A stretch of 64,000 nucleotides of DNA from Sedimentisphaerales bacterium (GTDB lineage: Bacteria > Planctomycetota > Phycisphaerae > Sedimentisphaerales > SM23-30): NCBI GenBank assembly GCA_963666285.1, contig OY762711.1; one strand, written 5' to 3'. The notes under the pieces are model-generated. The model ran no database searches. It was not told the origin of the DNA and saw only the letters and a program-made list of their open reading frames with translations. Both the position numbers and the translations under genes were made by a program. Numbering within the stretch: the stretch's first letter is position 1; every line of letters starts with the position of its first letter. Below are positions 9,028 through 18,123 of the stretch, piece after piece.

Positions 9028-10626
9028 ATGCACAGCAAAAAGCTATTTATATGGGCACTAACATCAGCCCTGGCAGGTTTTTTATTCGGTTTTGACACAA
9101 TCGTAATATCGGGAGCAGAAAAAGACTTTCAGGCCTTATGGCAGCTGGACAGCTTCACCCACGGACTGGCTATGAGCATGGCTTTATGGGGTACCGTTAT
9201 TGGTGCAATATTCGGCGGAATACCCACCGCCAAGTTTGGCCGCAAAAAAACACTCGTTACAATTGGTTTTCTTTATTTTATCTCTGCCGTACTGTCTGGA
9301 ATAGCTCCAAATGTGTCATTTTTCATGTTCGCACGACTAATCGGCGGATTGGGAGTTGGGGCCGCTACCGTAGCTGCACCAATGTTCATATCGGAAATCT
9401 CCCCTGCACAAAGCCGCGGAAAACTTTCCGGCATGTTCCAGTTTAATATCGTATTTGGCATACTTGTCGCTTTTTTGTCAAATTTTATCATTGCCAAATG
9501 TATCGACAGTTCAGTTGCATGGAGATGGATGTTAGGCATCGAAGCTGTTCCGGCCCTTATCTATACAATATTATCATTCAGCCTACCCGAAAGCCCTAGA
9601 TGGCTCATAACACATGCCAAAAACATTGAAAAAGGAACAGAAATTTTCAAGCAAGTCAACCCGGACTACAGTGATGCTGAAATAAATGCTATGGTTCGCG
9701 AAGTTGAAGCAACCACTATGGATGAGAAGAAATCTAATGGCTTCTGGTCAACAAGATTAAAAATACCAATACTTTTAGCGTTTCTCGTTGCATTTTTTAA
9801 TCAGTTTTCCGGAATTAACATTATCCTTTATTTTGCTCCGCGACTATTAGGTCTGGCCGGTATGGAAAACGCTTTACTTGCTTCATCTGCATTAGGACTG
9901 ACAAATTTAATATTTACCTTTGTCGGTCTATGGCTTATCGACAAGCTTGGAAGGCGATCTCTACTATATATAGGTTCATTTGGCTACATCCTGTCACTGG
10001 GCATTTGCGCCTACGCATTTCTTACCACACCACTGTTTGAAACCTTTTCAACCGCTGAAAACACAATTGCCAGCACTAAAAATGTCCAGGCCATTGAGAA
10101 CGAAACTCGATATTTCTCAGAAAAAGACAAAGAGAAAATATTAAAAGATTATAAAACTAACCTGTCATTACTGGAAAAAGCTACACTGATAGATGAATAC
10201 AGCGGAGATAAGATAGACATTGCCGACAGTACGGACACTGCATCTGTACTGGAAATCGCAAAACAGGTAAAAACCCAGGCATCAGAAGGCCTTGGCATCA
10301 AAAGCTCACTGGTACTTGTGTGCCTGCTGGCATTCATCGCTGCTCATGCCGTAGGACAGGGAACTGTTATTTGGGTCCTGATCTCAGAAATATTCCCTAA
10401 CGACCATCGAGCCGCCGGCCAGGCTCTGGGCAGCTCTACCCACTGGGTATGTGCCGCCGGACTTACATTTTTGTTCCCGATTGCACTTGACTTCTTCGGC
10501 CCTGGAATACTTTTTGGCTTTTTCTGCTTCATGATGATCTTGCACCTCATCTGGGTTAAAACTATGGTTCCGGAAACCAAGGGAATATCACTGGAGCAGA
10601 TCCAGAAAGAACTTGGAATTGAATAA
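9028..10626 (+). CDS. MFS sugar porter (probable fructose permease) with a long inserted loop
   Basis: GFLFGFD, FISEISP, PESPRWL, QFSGIN, DKLGRR, SEIFP and PETKG sugar-porter motifs. Confidence 0.92.
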   Translation: MHSKKLFIWALTSALAGFLFGFDTIVISGAEKDFQALWQLDSFTHGLAMSMALWGTVIGAIFGGIPTAKFGRKKTLVTIGFLYFISAVLSGIAPNVSFFMFARLIGGLGVGAATVAAPMFISEISPAQSRGKLSGMFQFNIVFGILVAFLSNFIIAKCIDSSVAWRWMLGIEAVPALIYTILSFSLPESPRWLITHAKNIEKGTEIFKQVNPDYSDAEINAMVREVEATTMDEKKSNGFWSTRLKIPILLAFLVAFFNQFSGINIILYFAPRLLGLAGMENALLASSALGLTNLIFTFVGLWLIDKLGRRSLLYIGSFGYILSLGICAYAFLTTPLFETFSTAENTIASTKNVQAIENETRYFSEKDKEKILKDYKTNLSLLEKATLIDEYSGDKIDIADSTDTASVLEIAKQVKTQASEGLGIKSSLVLVCLLAFIAAHAVGQGTVIWVLISEIFPNDHRAAGQALGSSTHWVCAAGLTFLFPIALDFFGPGILFGFFCFMMILHLIWVKTMVPETKGISLEQIQKELGIE

Positions 10627-10773
10627 ACCATGAAACCACACCGACATACTGCAGCAAAGAAAAAAAATGCTTTTCAGGTCATTATATTTTGTGTAGAATG
10701 TAATCTTCGCATAAGATATGTTTAATTAACAATTTACAGATTGACCGTTCTTCGGTTGCAATATGGAATTCCG

Positions 10774-11901
10774 ATGTGTGCAAAAAAAACGACACCTGAT
10801 ATCAGTTTTGACTCAAATCAAAAATTCTACAAGCTATACAAACTGCTTAAAGATGATATCGAGAATAATCTTTACTCCGACTCTAATAAACTTCCAACCG
10901 AAATCGAGCTCGCAGAACAACATAGCGTTTCCAGACCGACAGTAGCAAAAGCCCTCGAACTTCTTAGACGATCGGGATACATCGAACGAGTCAGCGGCGT
11001 TGGTACGTTTGTCAAATACAAACCCAACTCGGATATCAAAAATTTCGCCCTGCTTATCCCGGGCCTCGGCGAAACCGAAATATTTGAATCTATCTGCAGC
11101 CACATGTCAAACCTGGCCCAGACCAGAAACTTTAATCTTATTTGGAGCGGCTCAATCCAGGAAGATGCCGAAATGCGCCGCCAGCATATCAAACAGCTCG
11201 CTCAACGCTACATCGAACAACAAAACATAGACGGCGTTTTCTTTACACCACTGGAACTCACCTGCGAAAAAGACCTGGTCAATATGGAAATTGTCCAACT
11301 TTTTGACAAAGCAGGAATTCCCGTAATCCTAATGGACCGCGACATTGTCTCATTTCCTTTGAGGAGCAACTACGATATTGTCTGTGTAGACAACTTCAGG
11401 CTGACTTTTCTCTTAACTCAACATCTGATCCAGCAAGGGTGCGAAGATATAATTTTTGTTGCCAGACCATACTCTGCACCCACTGTCCAAATGAGAATTT
11501 TTGGCTACAAACAAGCCATGAATGATACCAAGCCGAATGCAAGGCCAACCAGGGTCGCTATCGAAGACAATTTTAACACCGACTTCATCAACAACCTTCT
11601 AAAAGACTGCTGCAAACCGGGAATAATATGTGCTAACGATACAACCGCATCCAAACTCATGCACGCAATTGAAGAATGCGGCTACTCCATACCAAATGAT
11701 GTTAAAGTTGTCGGCGTAGACGACATAAAATACGCCAACTACCTGCGCGTTCCGCTAACTACCTACAAACAGCCATGCAAAGACATCGCAGAAGAAGCGA
11801 TAGAACTCATGTTCAGTAGAATCCAGGAGCCGGCACACTGCGCCCGCACAGTTTACCTTGCCGGCGAACTGATCGTTCGCAAATCAACGTCAAATCAATA
11901 A
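10774..11901 (+). CDS. GntR-HTH / LacI-type effector domain transcriptional regulator (AraR-like)
   Basis: LPTEIELAEQHSVSRPTV..AL...G.I.R..G.GTFV plus a periplasmic-binding-like C-terminus (CAND, VVGVDD, PLTT). ATG 10774 preferred over TTG 10741. Confidence 0.88.
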   Translation: MCAKKTTPDISFDSNQKFYKLYKLLKDDIENNLYSDSNKLPTEIELAEQHSVSRPTVAKALELLRRSGYIERVSGVGTFVKYKPNSDIKNFALLIPGLGETEIFESICSHMSNLAQTRNFNLIWSGSIQEDAEMRRQHIKQLAQRYIEQQNIDGVFFTPLELTCEKDLVNMEIVQLFDKAGIPVILMDRDIVSFPLRSNYDIVCVDNFRLTFLLTQHLIQQGCEDIIFVARPYSAPTVQMRIFGYKQAMNDTKPNARPTRVAIEDNFNTDFINNLLKDCCKPGIICANDTTASKLMHAIEECGYSIPNDVKVVGVDDIKYANYLRVPLTTYKQPCKDIAEEAIELMFSRIQEPAHCARTVYLAGELIVRKSTSNQ

Positions 11902-11913
11902 TTGAGTATTCAT

Positions 11914-11964
11914 AAAAAAAGCACTCATCCCAATTCACAATCAGGATGAATGCTTTGTTATTTT
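11914..11964. terminator. Bidirectional terminator between the convergent regulator and DUF1080 genes
   Basis: AAAGCACTCATCC / GGATGAATGCTTT stem with flanking A and T runs. Confidence 0.7.
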
Positions 11965-12029
11965 ATCTTATTCTACCCAGACAGTTTCTTGTCCTTCAAA
12001 ACCCCTGCCTGAATAATAACAATCACTTA

Positions 12030-12911
12030 TCAGTCTTCCAATGGTCTTATCCAGATATTCCTGAATCTTACCGGATTGCCATGGTCCTGTAACTTAATCG
12101 GCAACGCATCATCATGCGGAAAATATTCCGAAACTGAATGATGACCTGTCCAGTTGGTACCGCCAGTCAAAAACACATGGTCCTGAATCAGTACACCATT
12201 ATGAAGAACTGTAAAGGTAGCCTGACGGATAACCTTGCCATCATCTCCAAAAATCGGACGGTGGAAAATAATATCATATGTCTGCCACTGACCCGGACCG
12301 CGAGATGCATTTACTAACGGCTTACTTCTTCCATATAGCGCCCCGGCCTGACCATCCGGATAAGTTTGATTGTTATAACAATCCAAAACCTGAACTTCAT
12401 AGATACCCTGCAAAAACACCCCGCTATTACCCCTGCCTTGGCCGTCACCTTTCACTGTTGAAGGAGATGCCCATTCTACATGCAGCTGACATGAGCCAAA
12501 CTTCTGTTTGGTCTGAATCATACCGGCCTTGTCAACCGACTCAAGCGCTCCGTCAACATACTTCCACTTAGTCTTACTGCCGTCAGTCGCTTCCCAGTTT
12601 TCCATAGATTCCTTACTGCCGTCAAACAATACAACAGCATCGGAAGGAGCACTGCCGACCTTATCGCCACAACTAGGCTCACCCGGAGTCACTACTTTAG
12701 GCTGCGGCTGCTTGGCCGGGTCTGTCTCATGAACCAGGACTCCGTTAATTGACGTCATCTCATGAGTTTTACCTTCACTATCTGTTACAGTCCATTTTTT
12801 TATAACAGGTGCAGTTTTGCCTTTACAGCTTTCACATAGCTCTGCCGTAGCATTAGCGACCAACAATGAAAACACCAAACCCAACTGTAATACAGCAATA
12901 TAAAACTTCAT
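12030..12911 (-). CDS. Secreted DUF1080 (3-keto-disaccharide hydrolase family) protein
   Basis: VLFDG, GNSGVF, YEVQVLD, GQWQTYDI and LQDHGNPVRFRNIWIR motifs; signal peptide. Confidence 0.88.
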   Translation of the reverse strand: MKFYIAVLQLGLVFSLLVANATAELCESCKGKTAPVIKKWTVTDSEGKTHEMTSINGVLVHETDPAKQPQPKVVTPGEPSCGDKVGSAPSDAVVLFDGSKESMENWEATDGSKTKWKYVDGALESVDKAGMIQTKQKFGSCQLHVEWASPSTVKGDGQGRGNSGVFLQGIYEVQVLDCYNNQTYPDGQAGALYGRSKPLVNASRGPGQWQTYDIIFHRPIFGDDGKVIRQATFTVLHNGVLIQDHVFLTGGTNWTGHHSVSEYFPHDDALPIKLQDHGNPVRFRNIWIRPLED

Positions 12912-13120
12912 AGAAACTCCTAAAAATAAACATACATTTTTTCAAAAACAGAAAAACTTTAAACACAGTTACAAACAGATAACTGAGAATAATACTATTG
13001 TATAAACCTCAGAAAAGAAAACAAGAAAAAACAACGCATAGTACAATATTAGCTTACTATCTGCAATATAACAACAAATATCAATAATGCATAAGATTGT
13101 GCAAATTTATTACAAACGTT

Positions 13121-13523
13121 CTAAAACTGCCTCCGACGACGCCTATGAAGTATAATAAAAACGCCAAGAACCAGGCTGCCTACTACAGCAGGTCCAGGAA
13201 CATACCCTACCACATAACCCGGAACAATATCACCAAAATCGTTCCGATTTTCTCCTTTGGAATTACCGCAACCATAGCTTACTTTCACAGTTTTAAGTTG
13301 CAATAACGAAGCACCTTTGGCAAATAGCCCTCATGCAATGTTATCGCAGCCAGACAACCTCCCGCTGATTCGGCAGCCGTTTTTGCATCACCCCCCAAAA
13401 TACTCCCATCAATCACTACAACCTTATACCCATAACCACTACTCGCTTCAGACCGCTCAAACAGATCTGCATGCAAACCTGAAACAAACAAAAAATAGAC
13501 AACAAAAATATCAAACTTCTCAT
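13121..13523 (-). pseudogene. Frameshifted C-type-lectin-like PEP-CTERM surface protein remnant
   Basis: RBS GGTGGAG and ATG at 13523 give MRSLIFLLSIF; a T6 run shifts the frame to LFVSGLHAD...GYKVVVIDGS..DAKTAAESAGGCLAAIT; another frame ends GYVVGYVPGPAVVGSLVLGVFIILHRRRRR (VPEP-TM-basic pattern). Confidence 0.65.
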
Positions 13524-14040
13524 AACTCCACCATCTCCACCATATAATAATCAGGAAACTTAAGAACCTGATTTTATCACATATTGCACCACCACTGTCC
13601 ACATATGGATCACATTCACAGTTATAACTACTTATGCCACACAAGCAATACCAGCTTAAAATCAACATATAATAAGCAAACATAAACATCTGTCAGCCTG
13701 TCAATATAACAAATTTATTATTAAATAGTGAAATACAGATATATATCACTAATCTACACCCTTGGATAATTAACAAATAAAGTAATAAATACGGACAAAA
13801 CCTATCTACTTCACCCACGGTCCCCAAGCAATAATCACCTTAAACTATTTATTTACCATACTTTGCGACGCTGCTAGACAGGAAAGTAAAAAATATATCA
13901 GAAAAAATATATTATTTAGGAAAAATATAATGACTCTGCCATATGGATTAATGTAGTTGATGATTTTAAAGTAAGCTCTCTTAATTAATTTGTTTCTGTG
14001 ATATTTATTCAAAAAACAATAACCTGAATATGGTGATATT

Positions 14041-14655
14041 TTGAACAGATTTAGAAATCACATAATAACAGCCTGTCTGGCAGCATTACTATTGACCATA
14101 CATTCAAGCTTAATGTTGCGTAAAACCACACCGGCTATTGCAGAATTTACATGCCACACAGATAAATCTGGCAGTATAGATATCTTCTATAATGTTGTAC
14201 CTGTACAATTCGGAACAATACTGAAATTCTCCCAACCGGCATCAGCCTGGTCAAACCAATACCTCGAAATACACCTTCAGGTTCCGCTAACAGGTACAGC
14301 AACTGCTGGATATTTTTCTAAATACATATATACAATCAATCTACCCGTTAAAATTGTAGCAAACAATAGAATGTATAACAGCTTTAGTAAAACATTAAAA
14401 TCAAAAAATGATATTACTGAAATTGTATTGCTTGGTGCCAATCCTAACGAATTAGATCCTCCGACACCAAGTCCAATGTCATGGGCAGTTGCTTCTTATA
14501 CGGACAGTATAAGTTCTACCGCAATAAGAGCAACTGTCACCTCTGAAATAAAAAGTGAAGAATACGATTGTTCAAACACTTATAGCAGCAACCTGATTTA
14601 CACTATTAAAGATAAAGCCATAAATTATTATAGAAATATACCTGTGAGTGTATAA
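14041..14655 (+). CDS. Hypothetical protein with an N-terminal hydrophobic segment
   Basis: 204 aa ORF with TTG start, followed by a terminator; no recognisable motif. Confidence 0.55.
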   Translation: MNRFRNHIITACLAALLLTIHSSLMLRKTTPAIAEFTCHTDKSGSIDIFYNVVPVQFGTILKFSQPASAWSNQYLEIHLQVPLTGTATAGYFSKYIYTINLPVKIVANNRMYNSFSKTLKSKNDITEIVLLGANPNELDPPTPSPMSWAVASYTDSISSTAIRATVTSEIKSEEYDCSNTYSSNLIYTIKDKAINYYRNIPVSV

Positions 14656-14742
14656 GCCTGTAAGAGCTTATTTTGAAAGTAGAGTATTAGCTTCTAGCGA
14701 GTAGATAGATGGAGAGACTGAAAGTTAGATAGAAGCAATTAT

Positions 14743-14781
14743 CCCGCTTGTATGATTTTTTGTGCAAGCGGGTATTTTTTT
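14743..14781 (+). terminator. Intrinsic terminator
   Basis: CCCGCTTGTAT / GTGCAAGCGGG stem followed by T7. Confidence 0.75.
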
Positions 14782-14825
14782 CTTAATATTATTTATTGAA
14801 TTCCAATACTACCGCTATTATTATT

Positions 14826-14992
14826 TAAGGATACCTTTGGAAATTGCTTTTGATGTGAGAACTAAATATTTTGTTTGCTGACAAGGAAGGTAAAACTGCT
14901 CATATTTAATGATATTTGCGGTTTTGTATGACGCAGTTCAGCGAGCAAAAGAGTAGTTCGCAACACAAAATGATTTTTTAGAGGTGACTCTA
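14826..14992 (+). repeat. Dispersed palindromic (MITE/REP-like) element, copy 1
   Basis: Shares TGGAAATTGCTTTT...TTTTGTTTGCTG.CAAG...CATATT...GCGGTTTT...GACGCAG...GCAAAAGA...AAAATGATTTTTTAGAG with copy 2; imperfect terminal inverted repeats; TA at both ends. Confidence 0.8.
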
Positions 14993-15046
14993 TAGTTATC
15001 TTTCACAATTTTCAAGTGGAAATTTATATTTTACAAAAGGCTACTT

Positions 15047-17965
15047 ATGTTTACCTCAAAAACAATTACATATTATTTGATAATCAGCAATATACTGTTT
15101 ATTGCTATCAACAGCGGCTGCCAACATACAAACACATGTTCCCAAAAGGTACCTTCCCAGAATTCTGACAATACCGCATCCTCCTTTTCTGATAGAAATT
15201 TTGATTCAAACTGGCATTTCCTTCGCGGCGACGCTGCCGGCGCAGCATTACCGGATTTTGATGACTCCCAATGGCGAATATTAGATGTGCCTCATGATTG
15301 GACCATCGAAGATCTTCCAGCCCCGAAAAACTCCGTTCCGGAGCTGTCGATAGTAGCAGGACAATGGCGGTTCCAAAAAGGTGATAATGCCGCATGGAAC
15401 TCTCCTGGATTCAACGACAGCAGTTGGCAGCTGGTAACTTTACCTGACAACTGGGAAGCTCACTCTAATTACACCGACGAAAACGTCTACGGCTGGTTTC
15501 GCCGTAAAATAAATATTCCTTCATACTGCATCGGCAAAGACTTTAACCTCCTGCTCGGCTGTATCGATGATGTAGATCAGACCTGGCTCAATGGCGTTCT
15601 TATCGGCAGTACCGGAACATTCCCGCCCAACTACCAGACGGCATGGAATATTGAACGAAAATACCTTATACCCGCTTCCCTGGTCAAAGGTGATGGCACA
15701 GATATTCTTGCAGTTCGGGTTTTCGACGGTAGCGGCAACGGAGGCATTAACCAGGCTGGAACGACTTTCACCCAAATCGGACCGTTTAACCCAGCCATAA
15801 GTCCGAGCAAACATTTTACCGGTAACACCGTTGGCGGTACCGGCTGGTATCGCAAACACTTTACCCTGGACGAAACCAACAAGCAGGTATCCGTAATCTT
15901 TGATGGCGTTTACATGAACTCAGAAATATGGCTTAACGACCATCGCCTGGGCGAACACCCTCACGGCTATACCGGCTTTATATTCGACCTTACACCTTAT
16001 CTAAATAAACCGGGCCAGGAAAACATACTTGCCGTGAAAGTTCGCAACGAAGGACGCAACAGCCGATGGTATTCTGGTTCAGGCATATATCGTCATGTAT
16101 GGCTGTCAGTAAATGAACCGGTACATATCCCTGACTGGGGAGTTTTTATCACCACTCCGAAAGTCTCTAAACAAAATGCACAAGTAAATATTTCAACTGA
16201 AATCAAAAACAACACACAATCAACTGTTAACGCAAGTGTCAAAACTAAAATACTCAATCACTCAGGCCAGACTATAGCAAACATTCAAAATACGGTTTCT
16301 ATTCAGCCCAATGCTATGATCACCCCTGAATATTCAATCGAAATAACTAATCCGCGACTATGGAGTACAGACACTCCCTATCTGTATACCGCAGAAACAT
16401 CCATTATCGTCAACGGTAAAATCAATGACATAAAAAACACGCCTTTCGGCATCCGCAAAATTGAAATTGATACCGTAAACGGGTTTCGACTTAATGACAG
16501 CAAAATACTACTCAAGGGCGGGTGCATCCATCACGATAACGGCCCGCTTGGCTCTGCCGCTATTGACCGCGCTGAATACCGACGAATTGAGCTGCTCAAA
16601 GCCAACGGTTATAACGCTATCCGCAGCAGCCACAACCCGCCCTCTTCTACTATGCTTCAAGCCTGCGACCAACTGGGAATGATGGTTATCGATGAGGCCT
16701 TTGACCAGTGGACCGTATCAAAGGAAAACAACCCGCAGGACTACAGCAGTTTCTTTAAGCAATGGCACACCCGCGACATTGCCGCTATGGTACGCCGCGA
16801 CCGCAACCACCCATCCGTTATCATGTGGTCTATCGGTAACGAAATACCAGAACAATTCAATGCCGAAGCCACCCAAAAAATGCTACGCGAAGAAGTTCTT
16901 TCGCATGACAATACTCGACCAATCACACAAGCCATTAGCGTCACCCACGATTGGGCCAAACGTTCCGACCCGGCATTCAAATACCTGGACGTCGCCGGTT
17001 ATAACTACCTCCTCCAGCATTATGAAGCTGACCACACCCGCAACCCGGAACGTGTTATTCTAACAACCGAATCATACCCCAAAGAAGCTTATGCCAATTG
17101 GGACAAAGTAGAAAGACTGCCATTCGTAATCGGCGATTTCGTCTGGACCGCCATGGATTATCTCGGCGAAGCCGGACTGGCACACAGCATTCTCAGCAAC
17201 GAACAAAACAGCTTCTTTATGCCATGGCCATATTTTAATGCCTGGTGCGGCGACCTCGACCTCTGCGGATTCAAAAAGCCTCAATCTTTATATCGCGATG
17301 TCGTTTGGGGCCGCAGCAAAATTGAAATGGTTGTTCACGCCCCTATCCCTGACGGCCTTACCGAGGTTCTTAGCTGGTGGGCATGGCCAAATGAATCTCA
17401 ATCCTGGAACTGGACCGGCAATGAAGGTAAACCACTACAGGTCTCGGTATATTCCAGCTGCGATACTGTCAGACTCGAATTAAACGGAAAAAATATCGGT
17501 GAAAAGTCTGTATCAGGCGAAACAAACCTTACCGCAAAATTTGACGTACCCTACGCCCCCGGCCAACTCCGTGCTGTAGGGCTGACAGATGGAAATATCG
17601 TCTCAGAAACTTCCTTAACTACCACTGGCAAACCTGTCGGAATTAAACTTACTGCCGACCGCAATATTATCAACGCCGACCGCAACGATCTTTCCTATAT
17701 CTCTGTTGAAATTGTCGATTCAAATGGCAATCGCGTCCCAAATGCCGAGATACCAATACGCTTCTCTGTCAGCGGTGCAGGAACCCTCGCCGGACAGGCC
17801 AGTGCTGCCCCCAATAAACCGGCAAGCTTCCAGTCACCTGCAAGAGAAACCTTCCAAGGCAGATGCATTGCTATTGTTCGCCCTACCGGCTCAAAAGGGA
17901 CTATTACTTTAAATGCCGCAGCTGAAGGACTAAAAACCGCTGCTATTACCATACAAACCAAATAG
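15047..17965 (+). CDS. GH2 glycoside hydrolase (beta-galactosidase-like) with a nested extra sugar-binding domain
   Basis: VPHDW, GWYRKHF, RWYSGSGIYRHV, GCIHHD, RSSHNP, RDRNHPSVIMWSIGNE and GDFVWTAMDYLGE; possible lipobox NSGC. Confidence 0.92.
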   Translation: MFTSKTITYYLIISNILFIAINSGCQHTNTCSQKVPSQNSDNTASSFSDRNFDSNWHFLRGDAAGAALPDFDDSQWRILDVPHDWTIEDLPAPKNSVPELSIVAGQWRFQKGDNAAWNSPGFNDSSWQLVTLPDNWEAHSNYTDENVYGWFRRKINIPSYCIGKDFNLLLGCIDDVDQTWLNGVLIGSTGTFPPNYQTAWNIERKYLIPASLVKGDGTDILAVRVFDGSGNGGINQAGTTFTQIGPFNPAISPSKHFTGNTVGGTGWYRKHFTLDETNKQVSVIFDGVYMNSEIWLNDHRLGEHPHGYTGFIFDLTPYLNKPGQENILAVKVRNEGRNSRWYSGSGIYRHVWLSVNEPVHIPDWGVFITTPKVSKQNAQVNISTEIKNNTQSTVNASVKTKILNHSGQTIANIQNTVSIQPNAMITPEYSIEITNPRLWSTDTPYLYTAETSIIVNGKINDIKNTPFGIRKIEIDTVNGFRLNDSKILLKGGCIHHDNGPLGSAAIDRAEYRRIELLKANGYNAIRSSHNPPSSTMLQACDQLGMMVIDEAFDQWTVSKENNPQDYSSFFKQWHTRDIAAMVRRDRNHPSVIMWSIGNEIPEQFNAEATQKMLREEVLSHDNTRPITQAISVTHDWAKRSDPAFKYLDVAGYNYLLQHYEADHTRNPERVILTTESYPKEAYANWDKVERLPFVIGDFVWTAMDYLGEAGLAHSILSNEQNSFFMPWPYFNAWCGDLDLCGFKKPQSLYRDVVWGRSKIEMVVHAPIPDGLTEVLSWWAWPNESQSWNWTGNEGKPLQVSVYSSCDTVRLELNGKNIGEKSVSGETNLTAKFDVPYAPGQLRAVGLTDGNIVSETSLTTTGKPVGIKLTADRNIINADRNDLSYISVEIVDSNGNRVPNAEIPIRFSVSGAGTLAGQASAAPNKPASFQSPARETFQGRCIAIVRPTGSKGTITLNAAAEGLKTAAITIQTK

Positions 17966-18123
17966 CACAACTCATGTCATTATCCTCCAATAAATAGTAC
18001 ATAAATTGCATTTTATATCCCTGTTTTAGTAATTATAATCTAATACATGTCATATTGAGCAATATATATAATTTTGACTCAATGTGAGCCCTCACCCAAA
18101 AGAGAATTATATTTACTAAGGCA

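Noticed and set aside
13285..13689. 134 aa ORF in the ORF track as a real gene
   Set aside because: Its N-terminal half looks non-coding; only the central part belongs to the frameshifted lectin/PEP-CTERM remnant.
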